A stretch of 64,000 nt of DNA from an uncultured Candidatus Rokubacteria bacterium (GTDB lineage Bacteria; Methylomirabilota; Methylomirabilia; Rokubacteriales; DASRDR01), in the NCBI GenBank assembly GCA_963804185.1, contig CAWDPM010000005.1:298769-362768 (forward strand). The letters are read 5' to 3'. Both the position numbers and the translations under genes were made by a program. The notes under the pieces were generated by a model, which worked only from the letters and a program-made list of their open reading frames with translations, was not told where the DNA came from and ran no database searches. Position 1 is the stretch's first letter; every line of letters starts with the position of its first letter. Of this stretch, positions 38,800 to 49,638 are shown one piece after another.

Positions 38800-39127
38800 G
38801 ATTCCTCACGGCTGTCCCCTTGTCCGTGATGTCGGCCCGCACCGAGGCATTCCGGCAGGGCGTGGCGACTCCTGGTACGAGGCCGGATACTATCTCTACT
38901 CGCCGCCAGGAAGCATGGACGATGTCTACTCGGACACCGGCGGAGTGCTATTCGTCAGCCTTCCAAAGCCGCACGTCGACATGTGAACCGAGCCGCTCCG
39001 GCAGGTCTGGGAGAGGTCGAGAGCTAGTTGGTATAGGCCGATGTATCGTCGCGGGCCGTGAAGGAGAAGGCAAACCGTCTGGACCGCCATTGAAGGCGAT
39101 GATTCACAGCACGAAGGAGGCTTGGAT

Positions 39128-39541
39128 ATGAAACGGTCGACCTTTACGTTCGCTGGGACGCTCGCTCTCGGCATCGCGCTCGGGGCGGGCATGACGGGCT
39201 TCCTGAACGCAATGCAGCATGTCAAGGTGACGGAACTCTACAAGGCTGACCTCGTCACGAGTGAGGGGAAGGAAGCGAGCATGTTTCTCGCTGAGCTCGC
39301 GCCCGGGGCGAACATGGGCAAGCACTACCACCCCGGTGACGCCTTCGCCTACATCCTCGAGGGGACGATGCTGCTCGAGATCGTCGGAAAGGAATCGGTC
39401 ACCCTAAAGCCAGGACAGAGCGGCAGCTTGCCTCCGCAGACCGTGCACGACGACAAGAACGCGAGTCAAACCGCTCCGCTGAAGTTCCTGGTGTTCCACG
39501 TCGCGAAGAAGGGTGATCCACTGGCGGTTCCGGTGCAGTGA
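39128..39541 (+). CDS. Secreted cupin-domain protein
   Basis: SD AAGGAGG. Signal peptide. Cupin motifs GKHYHPGDAFAYILEGTMLLE...KPGQS. Confidence 0.75.
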   Translation: MKRSTFTFAGTLALGIALGAGMTGFLNAMQHVKVTELYKADLVTSEGKEASMFLAELAPGANMGKHYHPGDAFAYILEGTMLLEIVGKESVTLKPGQSGSLPPQTVHDDKNASQTAPLKFLVFHVAKKGDPLAVPVQ

Positions 39542-39648
39542 GCGAAGGTCCGCCGCCTCCACGATAACCTGGAGATGACGAGCACAATCGGATCCCGGGG
39601 CATCCCTAAGACAGACCGATCTAGGACCATATTCATGGAGCTTACGCC

Positions 39649-39850
39649 TTGCCGTATGCGAACCATCAAGGCATCCGGTCAAGGCCCGGCGCGGCGCTGG
39701 TCCTGCACCATGGTTTGGGCGGAAGTCTGGAAGTCTGGCGCCAGCTGGGCTATGCCGCCGCGCTCCGTGACAATTACACGCTGATCATGCTGGATGCTCG
39801 GGGCCATGGGGCAAGCGACAAGCCACACGACCGGGGAGCCTATGGTTTGC
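39649..39850 (+). pseudogene. N-terminal fragment of an alpha/beta-hydrolase gene, truncated at a ku-5-prime repeat
   Basis: ...AALVLHHGLGGSLEVWRQLGYAAALRDNYTLIMLDARGHGASDKPHDRGAYGL, then reading abruptly becomes the reverse complement of the ku start segment. Confidence 0.6.
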
Positions 39851-39932
39851 CCTGCGAGCTGGTAGCGGTGAAGAGCTGGACGGGAACCAGGTCAGGCCGA
39901 GGGTGATATCCAGGTTCTTCAGCGCGCGGGCA
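39851..39932 (-). repeat. ku 5-prime-end segment, copy B (about 82 nt, with a 1-nt deletion)
   Basis: Reverse complement atgcccgcgcgctgaagaacctggatatcaccctcggcctgacctggttcccgtccagctcttcaccgctaccagctcgcagggc, encoding ...ALKNLDITLGL..VPVQLFTATSSQG. Ends at the same position as copies A (13267..13352) and C. Confidence 0.6.
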
Positions 39933-40078
39933 TGGTGTGTTTGGAGGCGATCTCGCCTTCTGTGGGATCCGAAATTCATTATATAGCCGTCCGAAGGTCA
40001 CGGGCGGGCGCGCTCGGCGGGCTCCTCATCTAAGCACACCCCTGCGTGATTCCAGGAGCGCGACCAAGGAGGCATAGG

Positions 40079-40819
40079 ATGACCCGTACGCGAATGTTTA
40101 CTATCAGCGTTGGGATTCTAGGATTGGCGTGTGGTCTGGGACTCGGAACCGCGATCGGTCAGCAGTCTCCGCCGACAGAGATCAAAGGCGTGTCCGTGGG
40201 GAAGACGGCCGCGATGGACTTGGGTTCCGAACTCCAGGGCATGCAAGGTCGTCAGCTACGAGTACGAGTAATCACCGTGGAGCCGGGAGGCCAGATCCGC
40301 AACCACAGTCACCAGGATTGGCCCGAGGTTGTGTACGTGAGCCAAGGAGCGGTGACCGAGTACCGAGGCAGCCAGTCGAGTGACTATCGCACGGGAGACA
40401 CATTCCAGGCGGGCAAGGACACGACGCACTGGCTTGAGAACAAGGGGACCGCACCCGTGGTGATATTGTGGCGGATATCTTCAAGCAGCGGTAGCGCCGT
40501 CCGGCAAGGCACGCAGACACCCGGCAACGGAGGAAGGCGCATGCCCAAGCGCATGCGATCCGTTCCCCGCCTAAGGCTGGAAGACTTCGATCCCTGCCCC
40601 GCTGAACCTACCAGGGAGGCACCCCCCTCGGCGAGGTCGCGCCGCCCGCCGGCAGCGGGTCGGAGAACTGGGCGCCTAGTCGGTCAACTCAAGCGGCGCC
40701 TCTGCCGGCTTCAAGTCGGACCTCGATCTGACGGCGCTCCTCGCGCAGGCGGAGCTCGACGCGGTGACGATCGAGAAAGTCAACATCCCGCGCATCTGGT
40801 CGCTCGTCACCTGCATTAA
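40079..40819 (+). CDS. Secreted cupin-domain protein; C-terminal 100 aa of the ORF look like read-through and the true stop is uncertain
   Basis: SD AGGAGG. Signal/TM MFTISVGILGLACGLGLGTAIG. Cupin motifs NHSHQDWPEVVYVSQGAVTEYRG...TGDT...HW.EN.G. Confidence 0.55.
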   Translation: MTRTRMFTISVGILGLACGLGLGTAIGQQSPPTEIKGVSVGKTAAMDLGSELQGMQGRQLRVRVITVEPGGQIRNHSHQDWPEVVYVSQGAVTEYRGSQSSDYRTGDTFQAGKDTTHWLENKGTAPVVILWRISSSSGSAVRQGTQTPGNGGRRMPKRMRSVPRLRLEDFDPCPAEPTREAPPSARSRRPPAAGRRTGRLVGQLKRRLCRLQVGPRSDGAPRAGGARRGDDRESQHPAHLVARHLH

Positions 40820-40833
40820 AAGCTAGACCGGCG

Positions 40834-41928
40834 CTACGACAGCATCGCCAGAATCCTCCTCGCGGCCACGTCGGCGCCGTCCACACGCGCGCGCTCGGGC
40901 GGCCGGGACTGGCCGAGGAGGCGATCGACGTGCGCCGTCCATCGTCCCGCGAAGAGATCGTCGTGATCGATGCGGGCACAGCGCAGCCAGCGCGGCATTT
41001 CGCGAACCAGCACCGGGTACTCGCGAAACCGCCCGCGCGGCGTGTACAGGACGGCGGCGCCGTTCGCGACGCACTCGGCCACGATGCCGTACCCCGGCTT
41101 CGTCGCGACGACGGCGGCGGCAGCGACGAGGTCCTCGTACCGCAGGCCGCGGCGGTAGAGATCGGCTTCGTCGAAGATGCGTACGCCGGGCACCTCCGCC
41201 GTGCGCCCCGCCGCGGTCGCGACGAGCGCGTAACGGGACGCCAGCGTGTCGGGCACCTGCAGGCCGCTGACGCCGTATCCGCCGTACGATATGAGCACGA
41301 GCGGACGGTCGGCCGGCAGGGCCAGCATCCGCCGCACGTCCGCCGGGTCCCGGCGCGAGCGCCGCGCGACGAACGGCAGATCGTCCACGGCCCGGAACGA
41401 CTTGAATCCGCCCGCCATCGGAAGCCGCCACGCCATCGTCGCGCACGCGTACGCCTCGGCCATGCGGGGCACGACGTCGTGCGCCTCCTGCCGCGCCAGC
41501 TCCTCCTCGTATTCCGCGAGAATCCAGTCCCACGTGAAGTTGGCGATGGCGATCGAGGGGACGCCGGCGCGCGACGCAGCGGCGAAGGCGAGCGGCGGCA
41601 CGTCGCCGACGACGAGGACGGCGCCGCGGGCGGCGAGCAGCGCGGCCTCGGCCCCGACACGCTCGCTGAACCCTGCCTGGAACGCTGCGGCGCGCCGCAC
41701 CGTCTCCGCCTCGTCGAGCCGCAGGCTGTCGATCTGGGCGATGCCCGTATCGCATTCCACCGGCTCGAACGTGACGGGGGCGCGCAGCGTCAGATCGAAC
41801 AGCCACCGCGGCGCGCTTGTCCGGACGGCCAGCGCGACCGCCGGGGCCGCCGCGTGCAAGGCGTTGATGATCTCGATCTGACGGGAGGCGTGGCCGAAAC
41901 CGTGGCCTGAAATGTAGAAGATGATCAA
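40834..41928 (-). CDS. GT-B glycosyltransferase of the MGT / UDP-glucuronosyl-glucosyltransferase type, TTG start
   Basis: MIIFYISGHGFGHASRQ N-terminal motif and C-terminal nucleotide-sugar binding region. The TTG start overlaps the stop of the lon remnant (TTGA). Confidence 0.78.
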   Translation of the reverse strand: MIIFYISGHGFGHASRQIEIINALHAAAPAVALAVRTSAPRWLFDLTLRAPVTFEPVECDTGIAQIDSLRLDEAETVRRAAAFQAGFSERVGAEAALLAARGAVLVVGDVPPLAFAAASRAGVPSIAIANFTWDWILAEYEEELARQEAHDVVPRMAEAYACATMAWRLPMAGGFKSFRAVDDLPFVARRSRRDPADVRRMLALPADRPLVLISYGGYGVSGLQVPDTLASRYALVATAAGRTAEVPGVRIFDEADLYRRGLRYEDLVAAAAVVATKPGYGIVAECVANGAAVLYTPRGRFREYPVLVREMPRWLRCARIDHDDLFAGRWTAHVDRLLGQSRPPERARVDGADVAARRILAMLS

Positions 41929-42107
41929 CGGACGGCGTCGTGCGCGACGGTCTCGCGCTCATCGGCGCGGTCGGCTCCGCCGGGGGGTGGCAGGGCGATC
42001 TTCAGCACCTCTTCGAGCGTCTCGACCGGCACGAACGCCATGTCGCGCCGGACCTCCGGCAGTTCGGCCAGGTCCTGCTCGTTCAGGCGCAGCAGCACGA
42101 GCGGCCT
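41925..42107 (-). pseudogene. C-terminal about 60 codons of a Lon protease gene (remnant)
   Basis: RLNEQDLAELPEVRRDMAFVPVETLEEVLKIAL resembles the Lon C-terminus. The upstream part is replaced in-frame by ku-5-prime copy C. Confidence 0.45.
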
Positions 42108-42189
42108 TTGCGAGCTGGTGGCGGTGAAGAGCTGGACCGGAATGGTGGCCAGCCCGAGGGAGATGTCGAGGTTCAAGGCGCGCGAGGCA
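42108..42189 (-). repeat. ku 5-prime-end segment, copy C (about 82 nt)
   Basis: Reverse complement atgcctcgcgcgccttgaacctcgacatctccctcgggctggccaccattccggtccagctcttcaccgccaccagctcgcaaag. About 90 percent identical to copy A over the last 68 nt. Confidence 0.6.
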
Positions 42190-42195
42190 TTGCTG

Positions 42196-42361
42196 GTACA
42201 CCCAGCGCAATCTCGTCTGGGTGTACGGGGATTATAGCTCCGTCAATTCCCATCGGGCCGCTGGGCTCCTGGAGAGCGGGACGCGACGGGCGCCGTCGCT
42301 GCCGGTGCGCAAGCGTCTCGCGAAGGCCCTGGGCGTGCCGTTGACGCGGCTCCTGGACTAG
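42196..42361 (+). pseudogene. C-terminal two thirds of an XRE-family HTH protein (N-terminus missing at the repeat junction)
   Basis: ...SSVNSHRAAGLLESGTRRAPSLPVRKRLAKALGVPLTRLLD stop. Matches helices 3-5 of XRE/Cro-type HTH. No start codon with an intact helix 1-2. Confidence 0.35.
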
Positions 42362-42372
42362 GAGGGTCCCCG

Positions 42373-43677
42373 ATGGCGGTGAAGATCCGTGCGGTGCGGG
42401 GCGTCTGGCGAGTCGTCGTGGATTGGAAGGGGCGGCGGGTCTCGCGCAACGTCGGCCGGGGGAAGGCCGGCCAGAAGGCGGCGGCGCAGGCGGGCCAGCA
42501 GATCGCCGCCCGGCTCGCGCTGGGCGACCTGAGCGTCCTCGACGCCCCGTCGGCGTCCGCCCCGGCCGTCCCGGTTCCCGTCATGCCGACCTTCCGGCAG
42601 TATGCGGAGGCCTGGCTGACCACCGAGGCGGCGCTCCGGTGTAAGGCCTCGACCTGCCGGACTTACGGGTACGCCCTCGCGCGATACTGGTATCCCCTCC
42701 TGGGTGATCGACCGGTGGCTGAGATTACCCGGGCCGATGTGCTCGCGGCCCTGGTCCAGCTGAAGCCGAAGCTCAGGGCCGGAACGATCAAGCACTCAGG
42801 GCTCGTGGTGCTCCGTGCGGTGTTCGGCACCGCCGAGACGGCGGGGCTGGTGGTGCGGAACCCGGCGGCAAAACTGGGGCGCTATGTTCGGAGCGACGTG
42901 CCCGAACGAGAACGCGTCGACCCCTTCACCAGAGACGAACTCCAACTCCTCCTCGCCGAAGCCGAGACGACCATGCCGGAGTGGGCGCCCTTCGTGCTGT
43001 GCCTGGTCCGCACCGGCCTCCGCATCAGCGAAGCCCTCGCCCTCCAGCCGGACGATCTCGACTTTGTCCAGCGGACGATCTGGGTCCGGCGGAACGGCTA
43101 CCGTCGGCAGGTGACGACCCCGAAGAGCAACAAGTCGCGCCGGGTAGACATGAGCCGGCAGCTCGCGCGGACCCTCCAGGGCTGGCTGAGCCTGCGGCAG
43201 GCCGAGGCGATCGTCGCCGACGCCCCCGCCTCGCCCTGGCTCTTCCCGGGGGTCCAGGGCCGGCTGCTGGATGCCGACTGGTTCACCGCGCGGGTGTGGC
43301 GCCCGCTTCAGGCCCGTGCTGGCCTCCGCTATCGGACGCCGCATCAGGCCCGGCACACGTTTGCGACGCTCCTGCTCCAGCAGGGGGAGTCGCTGGACTA
43401 CGTGAAGGTCCAGCTCGGCCACAGCTCCATCCGGGTCACCGCCGACACCTACGTGCACTGGCTCCCGGGGAGCAACCGCGGGGCGGTAGACCGGCTGGAC
43501 GCGCCCGACCCCGCCGCCATCCGCAACCCCGGCGCAACAGGATCCCGCCGCGACGCGGAACCCCGCGATCTGTCGGACGGGCCGGTCAATGTACCGCAAG
43601 GCACCGCACGACAAGAACCACGGCCGGGCGGCGTGGGCGGCGTGCTGCACCGACTTCGCGAAGCCCGGACCCGCTAG
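42373..43677 (+). CDS. Phage-type tyrosine integrase / site-specific recombinase
   Basis: SD GGAGGG. N-terminal arm-binding domain, core-binding domain, catalytic R...HxxR...Y ([20 protein letters not shown]...VTADTYVH). Confidence 0.9.
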   Translation: MAVKIRAVRGVWRVVVDWKGRRVSRNVGRGKAGQKAAAQAGQQIAARLALGDLSVLDAPSASAPAVPVPVMPTFRQYAEAWLTTEAALRCKASTCRTYGYALARYWYPLLGDRPVAEITRADVLAALVQLKPKLRAGTIKHSGLVVLRAVFGTAETAGLVVRNPAAKLGRYVRSDVPERERVDPFTRDELQLLLAEAETTMPEWAPFVLCLVRTGLRISEALALQPDDLDFVQRTIWVRRNGYRRQVTTPKSNKSRRVDMSRQLARTLQGWLSLRQAEAIVADAPASPWLFPGVQGRLLDADWFTARVWRPLQARAGLRYRTPHQARHTFATLLLQQGESLDYVKVQLGHSSIRVTADTYVHWLPGSNRGAVDRLDAPDPAAIRNPGATGSRRDAEPRDLSDGPVNVPQGTARQEPRPGGVGGVLHRLREARTR

Positions 43678-44540
43678 AGGACGATCTCCGTCCCGATCCC
43701 CTCGCGGGTGAAGATCTCCAGAAGAATCGCGTGCGGGATGCGGCCGTCCAGGATGTGGGCCTTCGCGGTGCCGACCTCGAGAGCCCGGAGCGACGACTCG
43801 ACCTTCGGCAGCATGCCCCCGTCGATCACGCCGGCGGCCATCAGGCGCCGGGCCTCGGCCTGGGACAGGGTCGAGATCAGGTCGCCGCCGGGGCCCTTGA
43901 TTCCCTCGACGTCGGTCAGGTGGATCAGCTTCTCGGCCTGGAGCGCGGCGGCGACCTCGCCGGCGACGAGGTCGGCGTTGATGTTGTAGCTCTCTCCCCC
44001 GTCGCCGACGCCGACCGGCGCGATCACCGGGATGAACCCGTGCTCGTCGAGGAGTCGGATCGGCTCGGGGTTGACGTGCGTCACGTCGCCGACCAGGCCG
44101 ATGTCGAGCTCCTCTCCGTCCGGCGTGCGGTGCACGCGGCGTCGAGCCCGGACCAGCGTGCCGTCCTTGCCGGAGAGCCCCACTGCCTTGCCGCCGTGGT
44201 GGTTGATCAGTCCTACGATCTCCTTGTTGATCCGGCCGACGAGGACCATCTCGACGATCTCCATCGTCTCCTCGTCCGTCACGCGCATGCCGCCGACGAA
44301 CCGCGGCTCCTTGCCGAGGCGTTTCATCATCGCCCCGATCTGAGGCCCGCCGCCGTGCACGATCACCGGGTTCATCCCGACGTACTTCAGGAGGACGATA
44401 TCGCGTGCGAATCCCTCGGCCAGCTGGGGGGATTCCATGGCGTGGCCCCCGTACTTGATCACGAGGGTCTTTCCCCAGAACGCCCGGATGTAAGGCAGCG
44501 CGTCCATGAGCGTGCCGGCCTTCTCGATAAGCTTTTGCAT
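43674..44540 (-). CDS. argB: Acetylglutamate kinase
   Basis: ATG at 44540 ([35 protein letters not shown]), characteristic of the amino-acid kinase family. Confidence 0.88.
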   Translation of the reverse strand: MQKLIEKAGTLMDALPYIRAFWGKTLVIKYGGHAMESPQLAEGFARDIVLLKYVGMNPVIVHGGGPQIGAMMKRLGKEPRFVGGMRVTDEETMEIVEMVLVGRINKEIVGLINHHGGKAVGLSGKDGTLVRARRRVHRTPDGEELDIGLVGDVTHVNPEPIRLLDEHGFIPVIAPVGVGDGGESYNINADLVAGEVAAALQAEKLIHLTDVEGIKGPGGDLISTLSQAEARRLMAAGVIDGGMLPKVESSLRALEVGTAKAHILDGRIPHAILLEIFTREGIGTEIVL

Positions 44541-44571
44541 GGCTCCCGTCACGAGCTCTCGGCGGCCTCCC

Positions 44572-45945
44572 TCACAAGATGTACCGGCTGACGTCGTCGT
44601 CGCGGATCGCATCCGCCAGCCGGCCGTGCACGAAGCCGGCGTCAACCGTCACCGTCTTGCCGGACAGGTCGGGAGCCTGGAAGGAGACCTCCTCGAGCAC
44701 GCGCTCCAGGATCGTGTAAAGCCGGCGGGCGCCGATGTTCTCGGCGCGCTCGTTCACCCGCGTGGCGATTTCCGCCACGGCCTCCACGGCGTCCAGGGTA
44801 AAGTCGAGCGTCACGCCTTCGGTCCGGAGGAGCGCCGTGTACTGCTTGATGAGCGCGCTCTCCGGCTCGGTCAGGATCCGGACGAAATCGGCCCGCGACA
44901 GGGGCTCCAGCTCCACCCGGATAGGAAACCGGCCCTGGAGCTCCGGGATCAGGTCCGCGGGCTTCGCCACGTGGAATGCCCCGGCCGCGACGAAGAGGAT
45001 ATGGTCGGTGCGAACGACTCCGTACTTGGTGGTCACGGCCGTTCCCTCGACGATCGGCAGGAGGTCTCGCTGGACACCCTCGCGGGAGACGTCTGGCCCC
45101 TGACCTCGTTCGCGCCCGGCGATCTTGTCGATCTCGTCCAGGAACACGATGCCGGAGTCCTGGACGCGGCGGACCGCCAGGCTGGAGACCTCGTCCATGT
45201 CGATGAGCTTCTGCGTCTCCTCCTGGATGAGGAGGCGCCGAGCTTCCGACACGCGCACCTTGCGGACCTTCGTGCGAGTGGGCAGCATGTTCCCGAGCAT
45301 CTCCCGCAGGTTCTGGTCCAGCTCGCCCATGCCCGCCCCGGCGAACATCTCCACCACCGGGATCCCCTGAGTCTTGACCTCCAGCTCGATCTGGCGGTCG
45401 TCGAGACGGCCGGACCGTAGCTGCTCGCGCAGCTTCTCGCGCGTGGCGGCGCCGCTGGCCTCCGGGGAGACCGGCTCCAGGCTGCCGAGCCCGACCGCGT
45501 CCCGGATGCGGGCGCGCGGCAGGAGCAGCTCGAGGAGCCGCTCCTCGGCTGCCTGGGCCGCTCGCTCGGCCACGCTCTCGGCCATCTCGCTCTTGACCAT
45601 GTTGACGCTGAGCTCGGTCAGGTCCCGGATCATCGACTCGACGTCGCGGCCGACGTAGCCGACCTCCGTGTACTTGGAGGCCTCGACCTTCAGGAACGGC
45701 GCCTGCGCCAGCCGCGCCAGCCGCCGGGCGATCTCGGTCTTGCCCACTCCCGTCGGGCCGATCATGATGATGTTTTTCGGCGCCACCTCGTCGCGGAGCT
45801 CTGGCGGCACGTTCTGGCGCCGCCAGCGGTTCCGGAGCGCGATGGCGACCGCGCGCTTGGCCTTCGCCTGCCCGACGACGTAGCGGTCGAGCTCGATCAC
45901 GATCTGGGCCGGCGTGAGCTGGCCTCCGTCCAGGCGAACCGTCAC
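44572..45945 (-). CDS. hslU: ATP-dependent protease ATPase subunit HslU
   Basis: [17 protein letters not shown], Walker [16 protein letters not shown], sensor/Walker [16 protein letters not shown] start at 45945 overlapping the hslV stop. Confidence 0.9.
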   Translation of the reverse strand: MTVRLDGGQLTPAQIVIELDRYVVGQAKAKRAVAIALRNRWRRQNVPPELRDEVAPKNIIMIGPTGVGKTEIARRLARLAQAPFLKVEASKYTEVGYVGRDVESMIRDLTELSVNMVKSEMAESVAERAAQAAEERLLELLLPRARIRDAVGLGSLEPVSPEASGAATREKLREQLRSGRLDDRQIELEVKTQGIPVVEMFAGAGMGELDQNLREMLGNMLPTRTKVRKVRVSEARRLLIQEETQKLIDMDEVSSLAVRRVQDSGIVFLDEIDKIAGRERGQGPDVSREGVQRDLLPIVEGTAVTTKYGVVRTDHILFVAAGAFHVAKPADLIPELQGRFPIRVELEPLSRADFVRILTEPESALIKQYTALLRTEGVTLDFTLDAVEAVAEIATRVNERAENIGARRLYTILERVLEEVSFQAPDLSGKTVTVDAGFVHGRLADAIRDDDVSRYIL

Positions 45946-46484
45946 AGCTCCTCCACCGTGACCTGGTCGTTCGTGTAGACGCAGATGCCCGCGGCGACCC
46001 GCATGGCCTCGATGGCGATGCCCTTGGCGTCGAGGGCGGAGTGCGCGACGAGCGCCCGCGCCGCCGCCAGCGCGAACGGTCCGCCCGAGCCGATCCCGAT
46101 CACCCCGTCGTCCGGCTCGATGATTTCGCCCGTGCCCGACACGATGAAGGAGGCCTCGGGATCCGCCACCGCCAGGAGGGCCTCGAGCCGGCGCAGGACC
46201 CGGTCGCTTCGCCACTCCTTGGCGAGCTCGACCGCCGCCCGGCGGAGGTTGCCCCGGTGCTCATCGAGGCGCGCCTCGAACCGCTCGAACAGCGTGAAGG
46301 CGTCGGCGGCCGTGCCGGCGAATCCCGCCAGCACCCGGTCGTGGTGGACGCGGCGCACCTTGCGGGCGGTATGCTTGACGATCGTCTGCCCGAGGCTCAC
46401 TTGCCCGTCCCCGGCCATCGCCACGCGCCCGCGGTGCCGGATGGACACGACCGTGGTCGCGTGCAGCCGCCCACTGGCTCTCAT
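45942..46484 (-). CDS. hslV: ATP-dependent protease subunit HslV
   Basis: [28 protein letters not shown]...[18 protein letters not shown]...[14 protein letters not shown]. Confidence 0.9.
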   Translation of the reverse strand: MRASGRLHATTVVSIRHRGRVAMAGDGQVSLGQTIVKHTARKVRRVHHDRVLAGFAGTAADAFTLFERFEARLDEHRGNLRRAAVELAKEWRSDRVLRRLEALLAVADPEASFIVSGTGEIIEPDDGVIGIGSGGPFALAAARALVAHSALDAKGIAIEAMRVAAGICVYTNDQVTVEEL

Positions 46485-47380
46485 GCCCGCGCCCGGGGGT
46501 GAGCCGCGTCGTACACCTTCGCGAGCCGGTCTGCGCTCACGTGGGTGTATCGCTGCGTGGTGGCGAGCCGGGCGTGGCCCAGGAGCTCCTGGATCAGGCG
46601 GAGGTCCGCGCCGGCGTCGAGCAGATGGGTCGCGAACGTGTGACGCAGGGTGTGGGGCGTGACGTGCCCGGCGAGCCCTGCGGCGCGCGCCCGGTCCCGG
46701 ACGATCCGGTGAAGGCTGCGCACCGTGAGACGGCCGCCCCGACGGTTCCGGAAGAGCGCGCCGCGCGCGCCCTCGCGCGCGCCCAGGTACGCACGGAGCG
46801 CTTCGATGGCCTTCGTCCCGAGCGGGACCATCCGCTCCTTTCGACCCTTGCCCAGGACCCGCAGGGCTCCTTCGCGGAGGTCGACGTCTTCCAGATCCAG
46901 CCCGGCGAGCTCCGCCACCCGCACCCCGCTGGCGTAGAGCACCTCCAGGATCGCCCGGTCCCGCCGGCTGGTCTCGTCGTCGCCCAGAGGCTGGCGGAAC
47001 AGCGCCTCGCTCTGGTCGATCGGGAGGTGGACCGGTAGCCGGCCGGGCAGGGTCGGAGTGCGCACCTCCCTGGCGGGGTTCGACCGCACGCGCCCCCTGC
47101 GAACCAGGAAGCGGAAGAAGCTGCGAAGCGTGGCCAGGCGGCGGGCCATCGACGTCCGCGCCAGGCCGCGCGCGTGGAGATCCGCGAGGTATGCCCGGAG
47201 CACGCGCGCATCCGCATCGGCGAGGGCGCCGAGCGCTCGGCGCTCGAGGAAGCTGGTGCAGTCGACGAGATCCGCCCGGTAGCTCCGGACGGTGTGCGCC
47301 GAGGCGGCCCGTTCGGCCACGAGGTACCGCAGGAACGCCGCAACGGCCGGCCCTTCCTGCTGGTGGCCGGCCGGCTTCAC
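46481..47380 (-). CDS. xerC: Tyrosine recombinase XerC/XerD
   Basis: [25 protein letters not shown], catalytic [39 protein letters not shown] start overlapping the topA stop. The xerC assignment rests on the hslVU neighbourhood. Confidence 0.8.
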   Translation of the reverse strand: MKPAGHQQEGPAVAAFLRYLVAERAASAHTVRSYRADLVDCTSFLERRALGALADADARVLRAYLADLHARGLARTSMARRLATLRSFFRFLVRRGRVRSNPAREVRTPTLPGRLPVHLPIDQSEALFRQPLGDDETSRRDRAILEVLYASGVRVAELAGLDLEDVDLREGALRVLGKGRKERMVPLGTKAIEALRAYLGAREGARGALFRNRRGGRLTVRSLHRIVRDRARAAGLAGHVTPHTLRHTFATHLLDAGADLRLIQELLGHARLATTQRYTHVSADRLAKVYDAAHPRARA

Positions 47381-49629
47381 GCGCTCTCGATCTCGCGCCG
47401 GTAGTCGCAGCCCTCGCGCCAGCACGCGGCGAAGCGCTTGCCCCGCCCTCCGCGCTCCGTCACGAAGGGCGCGCCGCACTTCGGGCACGGAGTCGCGACC
47501 GGGCGCTGCCAGACGACGAAGCGGCACGTCGGGAAGTTGGCGCAGCCGAAGTACGCGCGGCCTCGCTTGGAGCGGCGCTCGGTCAGCTCCCCCCCGCAGC
47601 CTTCCTGGGGACACGCGATGCCAATCGTGATCGGCTTGACATTCTTGCACTCGGGGTATCCCGAGCAGCCGATGAACCGCCCGAAGCGGCTCTGCTTGTA
47701 GACCATTGGACGGCCGCACTTGTCGCAGGTAATGCCGGCCGGCTCGGGCTCCGCCTGGGCGTTATCCCCCGGGTTCCGCGTGTACTTGCAGTCCGGGTAC
47801 CGCTCGCACGCCAGGAACCGCCCGAAGCGACCCCACTTCTCCAGCAGCTTGCCCTCGCCGCACGTGGGACAGGTCTCGTCGGTGACCTTACCCTTCTTCA
47901 GGTCCTCCATCTCGTAGCCGGCCTGCTTGAGGTCCTTGGCGAAGGGCACGTAGAACTGGCGAACGGTGTCGACCCACTTGCGGTCCCCTTCCTCGATCTC
48001 GTCGAGGGACTCCTCCATCTGCGCGGTGAACGTGACCTCGAAGATGTCCGGGAAGGACTTCACCAGCAAGTCCGTCACCGTCTCACCAAGCTCGGTCGGC
48101 GACAAGGAGCCACGGTCCTTCTGGACGTACTCGCGCTTCTGGATCGTCGTCAGGATCTGGGCATAGGTCGAGGGCCGCCCGATACCTTTCTCCTCCAGCT
48201 CCTTGACGAGCGAGGCCTCCGTGTAGCGAGGCGGCGGCTGGGTGAAGTGCTGCTTCGGGTCGAGCCGGACCAGGCTGAGCCGCTGCCCGACCTCGAGGGG
48301 CGGCATGCCCGACACCTCGGACTCAATCTCCTCTGGAGCCGCCAGCGACTCGTCGGGCGCTTCGATGTACACGGCCATGAAGCCGGGGGCGCGAAGCGCG
48401 GAGCCCAGCGCGCGGAAGAGGTATCGCCCGGCCGTCACGTCCACGGTCAAGGTGTCGTAGAGGGCGGGACGCATCTGGCTGGCCAGGAACCGCTCCCAGA
48501 TCAGCCGATAGAGCGCGAGCTGGTCCCGGCCCAGGTGGCGGACTAGGCGCTCGGGCGGGTGGTCGAGGAGCGTCGGCCGGATCGCCTCGTGGGCTTCCTG
48601 GGCCGACTTCCGGGCCCGGTAGAACGGTGGCCGGTCGGGCAGCGTGTCCGGGCCGTAACGCGCCGCGATCGCGTCGCGGGCCGCCGCCTGGGCCTCGGCC
48701 GCCACCCGCGGCGAGTCGGTCCGCATGTAGGTGATGAGGCCAACCGGCCCGCCGTCCCCGACGTCGACGCCCTCGTACAGCTGCTGGGCGACCATCATGG
48801 TCTTCGACGCCGAGAAGCGGAGCTTCCGCCCCGCATCCTGCTGAAGGGTCGACGTGATGAAGGGCGGCGACGGGTTCTTGCGCCGCTCGCCCCGGTCCAC
48901 GGCCTTGACCACGAACGGCAAGGGCTCCAGCTCGGCGACGATGGCCCGGGTCTCGGCCTCGGTGGACGGCACGAGCTTCTCCCCGTCCCTTTCCCGGAGT
49001 GCCGCAACGAACTCCGGGGGCACGGCGGCGGCCAGGTAGGCGTGGAGGCTCCAGTACTCCTGGGGGACGAAGGCCCTGATCTCTCGCTCTCGCTCGCAGA
49101 TCAGGCGCACCGCGACCGACTGGACGCGCCCCGCCGACAGACCCCGGCGAACTCGCTCCCAGAGGAGCGGGCTGATCTTGTAGCCGACCAGTCGGTCGAG
49201 CACCCGCCGGGCCTGCTGGGCGTCCACCCTCTTCTGGTCGATTCGCCCCGGGCTCTTGAACGCGGCCTTCACCGCCTTCTCGGTGATCTCGTTGAAGAGC
49301 ACGCGGTAGACGCGCTCCGGCGGGAGGCCGAGCTCCTGGGCGATGTGCCAGCCGATCGCCTCTCCCTCGCGGTCGGGGTCCGTGGCGACGTAGAGCGCCT
49401 TCGCCCGCTTGCCCACCTTCTTCAGGTCCTCGAGCGTCTTCATCTTGGTCCGGACGGGGACGTACTGCGGAGCGAAGCTCTTCTTGACGTCGATCCCCAG
49501 CTTGCTCTTCGGCAGGTCCTTCAGGTGCCCGAGCGAGGCCTTCACCAGGAATCCCCGGTCAAGGTACTTTTGGATGGTCTTCACCTTGGTGGGTGACTCG
49601 ACCACGACCAGGGACGTGCGTCCTGCCAC
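47377..49629 (-). CDS. topA: DNA topoisomerase I with C-terminal zinc-ribbon repeats
   Basis: [23 protein letters not shown], Toprim, active-site region, C-terminal Cxx C ribbons ([25 protein letters not shown]). Confidence 0.92.
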   Translation of the reverse strand: MAGRTSLVVVESPTKVKTIQKYLDRGFLVKASLGHLKDLPKSKLGIDVKKSFAPQYVPVRTKMKTLEDLKKVGKRAKALYVATDPDREGEAIGWHIAQELGLPPERVYRVLFNEITEKAVKAAFKSPGRIDQKRVDAQQARRVLDRLVGYKISPLLWERVRRGLSAGRVQSVAVRLICEREREIRAFVPQEYWSLHAYLAAAVPPEFVAALRERDGEKLVPSTEAETRAIVAELEPLPFVVKAVDRGERRKNPSPPFITSTLQQDAGRKLRFSASKTMMVAQQLYEGVDVGDGGPVGLITYMRTDSPRVAAEAQAAARDAIAARYGPDTLPDRPPFYRARKSAQEAHEAIRPTLLDHPPERLVRHLGRDQLALYRLIWERFLASQMRPALYDTLTVDVTAGRYLFRALGSALRAPGFMAVYIEAPDESLAAPEEIESEVSGMPPLEVGQRLSLVRLDPKQHFTQPPPRYTEASLVKELEEKGIGRPSTYAQILTTIQKREYVQKDRGSLSPTELGETVTDLLVKSFPDIFEVTFTAQMEESLDEIEEGDRKWVDTVRQFYVPFAKDLKQAGYEMEDLKKGKVTDETCPTCGEGKLLEKWGRFGRFLACERYPDCKYTRNPGDNAQAEPEPAGITCDKCGRPMVYKQSRFGRFIGCSGYPECKNVKPITIGIACPQEGCGGELTERRSKRGRAYFGCANFPTCRFVVWQRPVATPCPKCGAPFVTERGGRGKRFAACWREGCDYRREIESA

Positions 49630-49638
49630 GCTTCCTCC

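Larger units (their letters stand above)
39851..43677. mobile_element. Putative remnant(s) of an integrase-associated integrative element bounded by ku-5-prime repeats B and C
   Basis: Two direct ku-start repeats, truncated flanking genes (alpha/beta hydrolase, lon, XRE HTH) and an adjacent tyrosine integrase. Extent and orientation unresolved. Confidence 0.3.

Noticed and set aside
40689-41962. 323-aa and 379-aa minus-strand ORFs
   Set aside because: Alternative frames over the glycosyltransferase gene (40834..41928). Only the 364-aa frame carries the GT-B motifs.
42373-43677. Island integrated at a tRNA with this integrase
   Set aside because: No tRNA adjoins the integrase. The nearest tRNAs are 23-30 kb away and oriented so that their 3-prime ends face away. 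The ku-start repeat next to the integrase is the better att candidate.
47191-49596. 451-aa and 345-aa plus-strand ORFs
   Set aside because: Antisense to topA.
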